In this document: positions 9,083 through 17,684 of the stretch, one piece after another | Position numbering within the stretch: position 1 is the stretch's first letter | Layout: the number at the start of each line of letters is the position of its first letter | Source: Polyangiaceae bacterium | Lineage (GTDB): Bacteria > Myxococcota_A > Polyangia > Polyangiales > Polyangiaceae | NCBI GenBank assembly: GCA_050287085.1 | Contig: JBNKBE010000002.1 | Span: 32,001 to 96,000, forward strand | Reading direction: 5' to 3' | Length of the DNA stretch: 64,000 nt | Notes under the pieces: generated by a model | The model's database searches: none | What the model saw: the letters and a program-made list of their open reading frames with translations, nothing else | What the model was told of the DNA's origin: nothing | Position numbers and translations under genes: made by a program

Positions 9083-9985
9083 GTGGGAACTGAGCATCGC
9101 TTTTCGACCTTGCCGGCCGTTGATGCCGCGTCGTCCCCGGCGAGGAGCGTACCGCTCCGTCGTCTCACCGCCTTCTTCCGACGCGTTGAAGATCTCGGCC
9201 CCGACGCGACGGGCGCCTTGTTGTTCGCTTGCGAGGCGAGAGACGTGGGTGCGCTCTTGATCGAGCGAGGGCGGGTATGTTGGGCGGCGACCCCCGAGAT
9301 GAGAGCACGCTTCACCGCGCTAATCTGCGACCAGAGTGAGGGGCGCCTAGCTCCGGAGCAGGTGAGGGCGGTCTACAAGCGCTGCATCGAGAGCGGAGAG
9401 CCCCTGGGTCAGACCCTCGTCGCTGACGGCGTCGTCAGCGACGAGGGCTTGCGGCGTGTCTTGCGCCAACACAATGCAGAGGCCGTGGCCCTGCTCAGTC
9501 TACCCGGGCGGGTTGCAACCTGGCATCCGAGACCGGATCACAGCTATGACCCGCGTTTCTCGTTTACCCCGGCAGAACTCTACGTCAGCGTCGGGGCCTT
9601 GGCGAACGTGCCGGGTGCACGAGTGGCGCGCTCGCGACTGCGTGCGTTGGCGTCTCCACCGAACATTGGCGCAGGCTTCATCGTCACTGGCCATGAGCTC
9701 TTGCCGGTGGCTGAAGTCAACGGTAGCGCCATCAGCGTGGCTCAATTGCAGGTGCTCGAGGGTTGGTTGGGAGAGCTGGCCCAGACCACCACGCTGGGTA
9801 TGGGGGCGCCGAGGCTCTCGCTGTTGCGCACCGAGAGCGACCAGTGTGCGCTAGGGTGGTTCGAAGGGTGCTTGGCGTTTGCTGTCCTCAGTGCCCATTC
9901 GCAGCAGTCATATCGATTGATGAGTCGTTTGGTACATCCTCAGAGCGGCGAATTTCCGCTGGGTCTTACGGCAAATGGGGGATGA
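9083..9985 (+). CDS. Hypothetical signalling protein with DUF4388/PATAN-like and MshEN-like segments
   Basis: GALLIERGRVCWAA and PLGQTLVADGVVSDEGLRRVLRQH segments. GTG start 12 nt after the roadblock gene. Confidence 0.5.
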   Translation: MGTEHRFSTLPAVDAASSPARSVPLRRLTAFFRRVEDLGPDATGALLFACEARDVGALLIERGRVCWAATPEMRARFTALICDQSEGRLAPEQVRAVYKRCIESGEPLGQTLVADGVVSDEGLRRVLRQHNAEAVALLSLPGRVATWHPRPDHSYDPRFSFTPAELYVSVGALANVPGARVARSRLRALASPPNIGAGFIVTGHELLPVAEVNGSAISVAQLQVLEGWLGELAQTTTLGMGAPRLSLLRTESDQCALGWFEGCLAFAVLSAHSQQSYRLMSRLVHPQSGEFPLGLTANGG

Positions 9986-10245
9986 ACCATAACGGCTGGT
10001 GGGGGTAAATGAGTGCGTCTCCTTGGCGCGGCTTTTGCGCTCATTGTGCCTGGTTCTAGCGGCTTCCGCTTGTACACTTAGGACCACATCCGGGGGCTCT
10101 GCGACCTACCAATAAGTGAAGAGAGCGTCCCTGGTCTGTTCGAAAAGCCGCAGCAAGGAGTCGGGCCTCAACGCTTGAGCCTCGACTCTGCGGAGTCCAG
10201 GAGCGACTGCGCGCGGCGCAGCGACAGAGCGAAAGAAACTCTCAA

Positions 10246-11661
10246 ATGCCTTCCAGTAATCGAGATCGTCATGAGGCCCGACAAGAAGCGGCACGTGTTT
10301 CGCCGGCACCGGCGATCGCTTGCCGCGGCGTTAGGGCGGGTTTTGGCGAGAAGACGATTCTGCATGGACTGACATTCGACATTGCCAGCCGGGGGATCGT
10401 CGCACTGCTGGGGCCCGCGGGCGTCGGAAAGAGCACATTGCTCCGCACGTTGGCCAGATACAACGAACTAATTCCCAGTTTCTGGACGGACGGTCGCATC
10501 GAGTTCGAGGGACGTGATCTGCTGACGGAGACCGACATCGAAGAGGCGCACGCGCGGGTCGCCTTGTTGGCGCAGAAGGCACGTCTATTCACCGCCACCG
10601 TGCTCGAGAACGCGATCTTCATGGCCACGCCGGCCCACCCCATATCCAAACTGCGCAAGCGGGAGCTCGCAGAAGAAATCCTACAACCATTGGGGTTATG
10701 GCGGCGCTTTGAGTCGCGCCTCGGAGAGCGGGTTACGGCGCTTTCCATCGCCGAACAGCGCATGCTTGGGTTAGCACGCCTAGTGGGGGGCGGTGCGCGT
10801 GTGATTCTTGCCGATGAGCCCTTGCGCGATATTGCCGAAGCGGAAACGTCGGAGCTGCTAGCGCTGTTCAAGCGGCTCGCCGAGACCTGCGCCGTTGTGG
10901 TTGTCACGCATCACCAGGGGCACGCCCGCGCCCTCGCCGATCGCATCCTCTTCGTCGTGGGAGGGCGCTTGGTTGAACAGGCCGGCACGGACGCGTTTTT
11001 TGAGCGGCCGGACACCGAGATGGGACGGGACTTCCTATCGTCCGGTAGCTGCTGGCCCAAGGACTTGGACGAGTTCAAAGCCTACGAGACGCCGACGGAT
11101 GAATCGGGGGCGAAGTCGATGGCGAGCGAGCCCGAGTCGTCGCCTACGGTATCGACCCCGGTGCGAAGCGTTCGTCAGTCGGGCCCTATGCCGGGCGGCT
11201 TCCACTGGATCCTACGAGGCGTGTTGGGGGGCATGCAGCGACCCGGGTTGCTGGTCGAGGAAGAGGACGACCTAAACGCTTTGCAGCGCCTTGGGGTGAC
11301 GATGCTCGTCACGTTGACGGAGGAGCCGTACCCCGCCGCAAAGCTTGCACCCTTTGGAGTCGACGCGGTCCACTTTCCGATCCGCGACATGGGGGTGCCC
11401 TCACTGGCTGATGCTCGTGACTTGTGTGCGCAGCTAGCTCCTCGCATCAAGCGAGGGGAGCCGACGATTCTGCACTGCAAGGCCGGCTTGGGGCGCACGG
11501 GGACGATGCTAGCTTGTTGTCTCGTATTTGGCGGGGTCGAGCCCTTGAGGGCGATCCACGAAGTGCGCCAAATAAATCCCCTCTATATCCAAAGCCAGGA
11601 GCAACTGGAGTTCATCTCTGCGTTTGGCCCCTACGTTCGCGAGTCATCGAGCCCTTCCTGA
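10246..11661 (+). CDS. PstB-like ABC ATPase fused to a dual-specificity (CX5R) phosphatase
   Basis: Walker A GPAGVGKST, Walker B ILADEP and H-loop VVTHH, followed by FPIRDMG and HCKAGLGRTG in the same frame. Confidence 0.88.
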   Translation: MPSSNRDRHEARQEAARVSPAPAIACRGVRAGFGEKTILHGLTFDIASRGIVALLGPAGVGKSTLLRTLARYNELIPSFWTDGRIEFEGRDLLTETDIEEAHARVALLAQKARLFTATVLENAIFMATPAHPISKLRKRELAEEILQPLGLWRRFESRLGERVTALSIAEQRMLGLARLVGGGARVILADEPLRDIAEAETSELLALFKRLAETCAVVVVTHHQGHARALADRILFVVGGRLVEQAGTDAFFERPDTEMGRDFLSSGSCWPKDLDEFKAYETPTDESGAKSMASEPESSPTVSTPVRSVRQSGPMPGGFHWILRGVLGGMQRPGLLVEEEDDLNALQRLGVTMLVTLTEEPYPAAKLAPFGVDAVHFPIRDMGVPSLADARDLCAQLAPRIKRGEPTILHCKAGLGRTGTMLACCLVFGGVEPLRAIHEVRQINPLYIQSQEQLEFISAFGPYVRESSSPS

Positions 11662-11665
11662 TGAC

Positions 11666-12991
11666 TTAGGGGAGCAGTCTCAAGTCGAATGCTAGCAGAC
11701 CCGGCTGTGCATGACCGACCACTGGCGAGACGAGTTGACTGACCGCGGCTTGGACGCAGGCGTCCGCGTTGGAGCAAGGCGCGCCTTCGACGCGGGTGTG
11801 TCGAGCTCCCGTGTCGTCGATCCGAAGCACCACCCGCATGGCTGCGTCCGGGTACTGTTCAAGGCAGGTCTGGAGCGGAGCGCGTAAGGCCTGAAGGCGA
11901 AGATTCCAGTGAGCCGGCGTGGCCATGCCGTTGAAGGTGGCGTTCACCAACGCGACCGAGGCCCGAGGGCTGTCCGCGTTGTCCGCCAAAGTAAGATCCA
12001 GCGGCGCGTCCGTGGGGTCCTTACCCGAGGAGGACGGCGCGGGCGCTGCCGTCGCTAGCGGTATTGCTCGCAATGGTAGGGGCAGTCTCGTCGGGGCAGT
12101 TGCGGTCGAGCCTAGGGTCGTAGCGGCCGGTTCAGCCGCCCGGGGCGAGTCGCTGCCATGCAGCTCGGCGACCGGTCGTGCTGAGGGCGTTTCAACGGGC
12201 TGATTGTGGGAGGCGCGCGATAGAACACTCTCGACGCGGCTCGCTTTTCTGGAGGCCGGCGCTGGGGATAGGTGAGCCGCCGGACGGGGTGATAGAGCCA
12301 TGGGACGGTCCTGGTTTTGCGGCCTGGTAAGCCACAGTCCGATGGCCGCAACACCACTGGCTACGACCATCGCGAGCGGAACGCGGCCGCGATCATGCCA
12401 GCGCTGCGTCGCCAAGCGATTCGACTTTGGAGCGAATCCTGCAGTCCTTGCCTGGTTTCGTGGCGGTGGAATGGGAGCGGGTGGGGTCGTGCGGACGGTT
12501 GGGGATAGGGTGATGACCGAAGCAGCCTGTGCTTTGGGCGAATCGCTTTCTTCCCCGAAGTCCGTGTGTCCTTCTGGCAAAGGGTTCATCCGAAGGCGGC
12601 GGGTAGTGTCCTTGCGGGTCTTCAGGGGGCCTGTGCCGACGGCTTCGGCCCCCAGGGCCGCGTCCAAGATGAGCTGCTCCCATGGGGTATGGATCGTTTG
12701 TTCCGAATGGAGCCCAGCCAGGGCTTCTGGCACGATGCCGGCGTTGATGACGGACAGTCGACGAAAGGCGTCTTCGCCGCGGCCTATCAGGTCTTCGGCA
12801 TCCCAGACGCACCCGCCTCGGATGGTGATGACGCCGACTGAGCCTACTGGTCCTAGCGCAACAAGACGCACGGAGCGTCGGGCCATGCAGGCAAGCTGTA
12901 CGTAGTCCGCCATGGAGAAGACGGCCTCGGCGGTGAGGGACTCAGACCTTCTCGGTGGATTCAGGTGTGGATGCAGGGTAGATCGGGACAC
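11666..12991 (-). CDS. DUF4388-like membrane-anchored protein with Pro/Ala-rich linker
   Basis: FSMADYVQLAC...GVITIRGGCVWDAE...GEDAFRRL, one TM and a C-terminal Cys-containing domain. Start uncertain (12913-13177). Confidence 0.6.
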   Translation of the reverse strand: MSRSTLHPHLNPPRRSESLTAEAVFSMADYVQLACMARRSVRLVALGPVGSVGVITIRGGCVWDAEDLIGRGEDAFRRLSVINAGIVPEALAGLHSEQTIHTPWEQLILDAALGAEAVGTGPLKTRKDTTRRLRMNPLPEGHTDFGEESDSPKAQAASVITLSPTVRTTPPAPIPPPRNQARTAGFAPKSNRLATQRWHDRGRVPLAMVVASGVAAIGLWLTRPQNQDRPMALSPRPAAHLSPAPASRKASRVESVLSRASHNQPVETPSARPVAELHGSDSPRAAEPAATTLGSTATAPTRLPLPLRAIPLATAAPAPSSSGKDPTDAPLDLTLADNADSPRASVALVNATFNGMATPAHWNLRLQALRAPLQTCLEQYPDAAMRVVLRIDDTGARHTRVEGAPCSNADACVQAAVSQLVSPVVGHAQPGLLAFDLRLLP

Positions 12992-13234
12992 GGGGTAACG
13001 CCTACTGCTGGGGATATGGACGCAACGGCCCAACCAGCTCTCCGCTGAAGTCCTGGAGGGCGGTTCATTGATTGGTAGTCGGTCCGGACCTGCCCCTAGG
13101 GGTTGAACTGAACCCCAAGGCCCCGGCCGAAACCGAAAGGCAGGGAGCCAGCAATCGCTTCCCGCTTCTCCGAGCAAGACTAGGGGCGTCTGTGTGCTTT
13201 ACGGCACCCCGCAGATCAGCTAGTTCTGATTGAC

Positions 13235-14425
13235 ATGACTCATCCGCGCGAGGCACGCCGCCCGCTGCTGCGGGCGCGGCGCGGGTGCCTTTGGTGCGTC
13301 TGGGGCTGTCGAGTCGGGCTTTCCTGTCTGACCTTGATATCATCCGCCTGTGGCCGGACCAATATCGGTTCTGGTGGGCCGCGAGTTGGGCACAAGGCGC
13401 AGGTCGTGGCATTGGATAACACGCAGGTGCAGTTGTTGGGTCGCGGTGAGCTGCGGGGAGGACGCTACCGCCTCGGGTACCCAGGAGCGGGCTTTCGCGT
13501 ACTGTTGAACGGACGCAGCCTTGCGGTGCGGGGGAGTTCGACTTCTGGTAAGGCCCGCTTTGCCGTCTTGCAGGATGGACGGCGCATCGCTGTCGTGCAG
13601 CTGCCTCGCTGGCCTCGAACGCTTACGGTCTTCGAGGCAGCCAAAGAGGACGTTGCGCCCTATGAGATTGAGTTCGTTCATCTCAACGAGACCTGGCAGG
13701 GCGAGGCGACCCTCTCCTCTTTGAGCGTAGAAGGTGAACTGCAGCCTCCTCGAACGCGCCGGCTCAAGTTGCTTTTCGTGGGCGACTCTGTGACCTGCGG
13801 TGAAGGCGTGTATCGCCAGCCAAACTGCGCGAAGAATGAGCAGTCGTGGGACGTTCTTCATTCATACGGAGGGCTGGTCGCTAGGCGTCTCAACGCTGAG
13901 GCCCACTTTGTCTGCTTCGGCGGGCGCGGTCTGGTGCGCGACTACCGCGGTCGCTCGGACGTCTTGAACGCACCGCAGTTCTTCGAGCTGGCGGTTCCAA
14001 GCGACAGCGCACCCGCGTCCTGGTCGCATGGGCAATTTCGCCCAGATGCTGTGGTCGTGTCGCTCGGGACAAACGACTTCAATTTGGCACTTGGCGCGTT
14101 TCCGTCGCGAGACGCGTTTGTCGGAGCCGCGCTCGCATTTCTGGCTCGCGTCCGAGCCGTGTACCCCGGAGCGTGGCTCGTCGTGACCCAAGGGGCCATC
14201 GTTTCCGATACAGAGGTCGGTCAGCGCGCCACCCTGATCGACTACTTGGAGACGAGCGTACGAGAGTTTCGAGATCCGAAGGTCCGATTCTATAGGTCGA
14301 GCCACCAACCGGGTGATGCGTGTGATGCCCATCCGACGGAGGCGCAACATCAAGTGATGGCGAGCGAGCTACAAGCCGTGCTCTGGCCTTTGCTCGAGGG
14401 GGCGCGCGAGGTGCCTCATGACTGA
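13235..14425 (+). CDS. SGNH/GDSL hydrolase, carbohydrate esterase family 2-like
   Basis: FVGDSVTCGEG, SLGTNDF and DAHP motifs with an N-terminal beta domain. Start uncertain. Confidence 0.85.
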   Translation: MTHPREARRPLLRARRGCLWCVWGCRVGLSCLTLISSACGRTNIGSGGPRVGHKAQVVALDNTQVQLLGRGELRGGRYRLGYPGAGFRVLLNGRSLAVRGSSTSGKARFAVLQDGRRIAVVQLPRWPRTLTVFEAAKEDVAPYEIEFVHLNETWQGEATLSSLSVEGELQPPRTRRLKLLFVGDSVTCGEGVYRQPNCAKNEQSWDVLHSYGGLVARRLNAEAHFVCFGGRGLVRDYRGRSDVLNAPQFFELAVPSDSAPASWSHGQFRPDAVVVSLGTNDFNLALGAFPSRDAFVGAALAFLARVRAVYPGAWLVVTQGAIVSDTEVGQRATLIDYLETSVREFRDPKVRFYRSSHQPGDACDAHPTEAQHQVMASELQAVLWPLLEGAREVPHD

Positions 14426-14502
14426 ACGCCCAAGAAGGCAGCTTGCCTTGGACGTTTGCGGCTTTCGCGGGGAGTGAGCCCTTGCTCCCGCAGCGGACCA
14501 AA

Positions 14503-14547
14503 GTGTTCCATTGTTGTCACCGACGTGTAACGGGCTCCTCCTAGCTT
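14503..14547 (+). promoter_or_regulatory. Pho-box-like direct repeats plus -10 element
   Basis: GTGTTCC/TTGTCAC/GTGTAAC at an 11-bp period (14503, 14514, 14525), with TAGCTT 10 nt downstream. Confidence 0.65.
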
Positions 14548-14556
14548 CGCTACCAA

Positions 14557-15276
14557 ATGGCTACTGTGCTTTTGGTGGAGGACGATCCAGATATCCGTTC
14601 CGTCTTGGATTTCAATCTTAGGAGGGAGGGGTTTGACACCGTGCTGGCGGAGTACGGTTCGAAGGCTCTGCGCTTTCTCAGCGAGGGGCAAGTCGACCTT
14701 GTCGTGCTCGACCTGATGCTTCCCGACATATCGGGCCTGGATGTATGCCGGGAGGCGCGGCGTGGCGAGGGGCGTCAAGTGCCGATCATCATGCTGACCG
14801 CGAAGGGGCACGAGTCCGATCGTCTCGAGGGCTTTGAGTGTGGCGCTGACGACTATCTGGCCAAGCCCTTCAGCATGCGAGAGCTCATGATGCGGATCCG
14901 TGCTGTGATGCGTCGCTTTCGCGGTCAAGCCGTCGCGCAGAGCGAAAGCACGAGGCTGGAAGCGCATGGTATCATCGTAGATCAAGCCGCTCATAAGGTG
15001 TTCGTCGCAGGGGCGGAGGTGACCTTGACGCTGACCGAGTATCAGCTCCTGGTGATGCTGATGCAGCGACCGGGGCGCGTGTTTTCGAGGCGACAGCTGC
15101 TGGTGCAGGTGTGGAAGATGCCCGAGACGGTCGTGACGCGCACTGTGGACACCCACGTCAAGCGCTTGAGGGAGAAGCTTGGGGGCGCTGGGTTTGCCAT
15201 CGAGACAGTGCGTGGAGTCGGCTATCGCCTGGTCGATCCCGCGGACATGCCTCAGGGCGCGACGCTGCAGGCCTGA
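14557..15276 (+). CDS. phoB: PhoB-like OmpR-family response regulator
   Basis: Receiver domain (LDLMLP, IIMLTAKG, GADDY) plus winged helix (RTVDTHVKRLREKL, IETVRGVGYR); upstream Pho box. Confidence 0.75.
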   Translation: MATVLLVEDDPDIRSVLDFNLRREGFDTVLAEYGSKALRFLSEGQVDLVVLDLMLPDISGLDVCREARRGEGRQVPIIMLTAKGHESDRLEGFECGADDYLAKPFSMRELMMRIRAVMRRFRGQAVAQSESTRLEAHGIIVDQAAHKVFVAGAEVTLTLTEYQLLVMLMQRPGRVFSRRQLLVQVWKMPETVVTRTVDTHVKRLREKLGGAGFAIETVRGVGYRLVDPADMPQGATLQA

Positions 15277-15299
15277 GGCGCGCCCGGTACGGGCGCGCC
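15277..15299. terminator. Perfect 10-bp hairpin directly after the phoB stop
   Basis: GGCGCGCCCG-GTA-CGGGCGCGCC between convergent genes; no U-tract. Confidence 0.45.
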
Positions 15300-15398
15300 G
15301 GACCGTCAGAGCGCTGGAGGCTGGCGGGCTCGCCGTGGGCGAGTCTCCCTATGGGCACGTCCGACGGCCAGCGCGCCGCGCTCGCCGTGAGGCGGGCG

Positions 15399-16370
15399 CT
15401 ATCGGGCCAAGAGGCGCGCCGCGTCGAGGGCTGCGTAGGTGAAGATGATGTCGGCGCCAGCGCGCTTGAAGCAAACGAGCGTTTCCAGCAGACAGCCTTC
15501 GTAGTCGAGCCAGCCCTGAGCCGCGGCGGCTTTCAGCATCGCGTACTCACCGCTGACGTGATAGGCGGCAATGGGCAGAGAGGCGTTGTCTCTGACGAAG
15601 CGGATCACGTCGAGGTAGGGGAGCCCCGGCTTCACCATCAGTATGTCGGCGCCCTCGGACTCATCGAGTTCGATTTCGCGCAGGCACTCCCGCAGATTAG
15701 CGGGGTCCATCTGGTAGGTCTTTTTGTCGCCGCTCCGCGGGTTGGAGTCCAGGGCGTCGCGGAATGGACCGTAGTACGTGGAGGCGTATTTCGTGCAATA
15801 GCTGCAGATGCCCACGTCGCTAAATCCCTCCTCATCCAAGGCATCCCGGATGGCGCCAACCCTGCCGTCCATCATGTCGGAGGGGGCGACGACGTCGGCG
15901 CCGGCACGAGCTTGGGCTACGGCCATGGCTGCCAGCAGTGGAACGGTTCGATCGTTGTCGATACGGCCGTCGACGAGAACGCCGTCGTGACCGTCGGATG
16001 AATACGGATCGAGGGCGATGTCGGTGAAGACCACGAGCTCCGGAAGCTCTTTTTTGAGAGCGGCGATGGTTCGTTGCATCAGCCCTTTGGGGTTGAGGCT
16101 TTCGGTGCCTTTGGAGTTCTTGAGTCGGTCTTCGATTACCGGAAAGAGCGCCACCCCGGAGACGCCCAGCTCATGCGCCTCGGCTGCTGTCTTGAGCAGT
16201 CGATCCAGGCTTAGGCGTGCTTGGCCGGGCATGGATGCGATGGGGGTCGCGAGGTCTTTGCCCTCTTGCACGAAGAGTGGCAGCACCAGATCGCGCGGCG
16301 CAACGTGGTGTTCGCGGACGAGATTCCGAATGCCTGCGGATACGCGGTTTCGTCGGGGACGGCTCAGCAT
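15399..16370 (-). CDS. hemB: Delta-aminolevulinic acid dehydratase (porphobilinogen synthase)
   Basis: RPRRNR, APSDMMDGR, YGPFRDA, MVKPG and YHVSGEY motifs. Confidence 0.97.
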   Translation of the reverse strand: MLSRPRRNRVSAGIRNLVREHHVAPRDLVLPLFVQEGKDLATPIASMPGQARLSLDRLLKTAAEAHELGVSGVALFPVIEDRLKNSKGTESLNPKGLMQRTIAALKKELPELVVFTDIALDPYSSDGHDGVLVDGRIDNDRTVPLLAAMAVAQARAGADVVAPSDMMDGRVGAIRDALDEEGFSDVGICSYCTKYASTYYGPFRDALDSNPRSGDKKTYQMDPANLRECLREIELDESEGADILMVKPGLPYLDVIRFVRDNASLPIAAYHVSGEYAMLKAAAAQGWLDYEGCLLETLVCFKRAGADIIFTYAALDAARLLAR

Positions 16371-16574
16371 GGCGCAAGCGTAGTCTGCGACCCCGGGTCG
16401 TGGTATCCGAAGCGCAGGCTCTCGCACCTGGTCGGATTGCGGGCCGAGTCCCCTCCGGAGCCCACAGCGAGGCAATTGGCCTCTCCGTCCAGCCGGCGAA
16501 AACCCGCCCGCGCCCCCTAGGTGCGTCTGCTAGTCTTTGTTGGACGTGAGCTCGCGCGGTGGCACAAAGGAAAT

Positions 16575-17684
16575 ATGTCGTTGAAAATCGATCGCGATCA
16601 TTCGCGCTTTCGCCAGATCGTGCGAGGGCGGATTCGCAAGAACCTCAAGCAGTACATTTCCACGGGGGAAATGCTTGGCCGGCAGGGCAACGACATCGTG
16701 TCCATTCCGATCCCGCGGATCGACATCCCACGCTTCACATTCGGAGGCAAACAGCAGGGAGGGGTGAGTCAGGGCTCGGGCCAGCCAGGTGATCCCGTCT
16801 CCGGCGAGGAGGGGCAGGGCACGGGTGCCGGGCAAGCCGGTGAAGGGGAAGGACAGCACACGGTCGAGGTAGACGTCTCCCTGGATGAGCTCGCGGAGAT
16901 TTTGGGCGAGGAGTTGGCGCTGCCGGATATCGAAGACAAAGGCAATAGCGTCATTGAAAGCCGCAAGGAGAAATACACTGGGATCCGTCGGGTTGGCCCG
17001 GAGTCACTGCGTCATTTCAAACGAACCTATAAAGAGGCGCTCAAGCGCTCCATCGCTTCGGGGACCTACGATTCCGGGAGGCCGCTGATCGTGCCTCAAC
17101 ACGATGACAAGCGCTTTCGCTCGTGGAAGGAAACGGCCGCGCCCATGGCCAACGCCGTCATCCTCTACATGATGGACGTTTCCGGATCCATGGGAGAGGA
17201 GCAGAAGGAAATCGTGCGGATTGAGAGCTTCTGGCTCGATACCTGGCTACGCAAGCAGTACCGCGGATTGGAATGCCGCTACATCATTCATGATGCGGTG
17301 GCGCGCGAGGTGGACCGCGATACCTTCTTTCATACGCGTGAGTCTGGGGGAACCATGATTTCGAGCGCGTATAAGCTGTGCCAGAGCATCATCGATGCCG
17401 ACTATCCGTCGGAGCAATGGAACATCTATCCGTTTCACTTCTCCGACGGGGACAATTGGTCGATGGACGACACGCTCGGTTGTATGCGACTGTTGAAGGA
17501 GCAGATGTTGCCCAAGGTGAACATGTTCGCCTACGGTCAGGTCGAGAGCCCCTACGGATCGGGGCAGTTCATCAAGGACCTCACGGAGCATCTTGGCGCT
17601 GACGAGCGCGTCGTCATGAGTGAGATCCCCGATCGCGACGCTATCATGGGCAGCATCAAAGACTTTCTGGGAAAGGGGCGCTGA
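16575..17684 (+). CDS. DUF444 (YeaH/YhbH) family protein
   Basis: [18 protein letters not shown] and FHFSDGDNW motifs; AAAGGA upstream of the start. Confidence 0.92.
   Translation: MSLKIDRDHSRFRQIVRGRIRKNLKQYISTGEMLGRQGNDIVSIPIPRIDIPRFTFGGKQQGGVSQGSGQPGDPVSGEEGQGTGAGQAGEGEGQHTVEVDVSLDELAEILGEELALPDIEDKGNSVIESRKEKYTGIRRVGPESLRHFKRTYKEALKRSIASGTYDSGRPLIVPQHDDKRFRSWKETAAPMANAVILYMMDVSGSMGEEQKEIVRIESFWLDTWLRKQYRGLECRYIIHDAVAREVDRDTFFHTRESGGTMISSAYKLCQSIIDADYPSEQWNIYPFHFSDGDNWSMDDTLGCMRLLKEQMLPKVNMFAYGQVESPYGSGQFIKDLTEHLGADERVVMSEIPDRDAIMGSIKDFLGKGR

Noticed and set aside
10106..10309. 67-aa minus-strand ORF in the gap before the ATPase-phosphatase gene
   Set aside because: It overlaps the 5' end of the fusion gene on the opposite strand, with no motif or RBS support.
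15111..16001. Long antisense or shadow ORFs (also 4806-5657, 25517-26425, 28707-29672, 39355-40545, 54970-55902)
   Set aside because: They overlap well-supported genes and are explained by high-GC codon bias.
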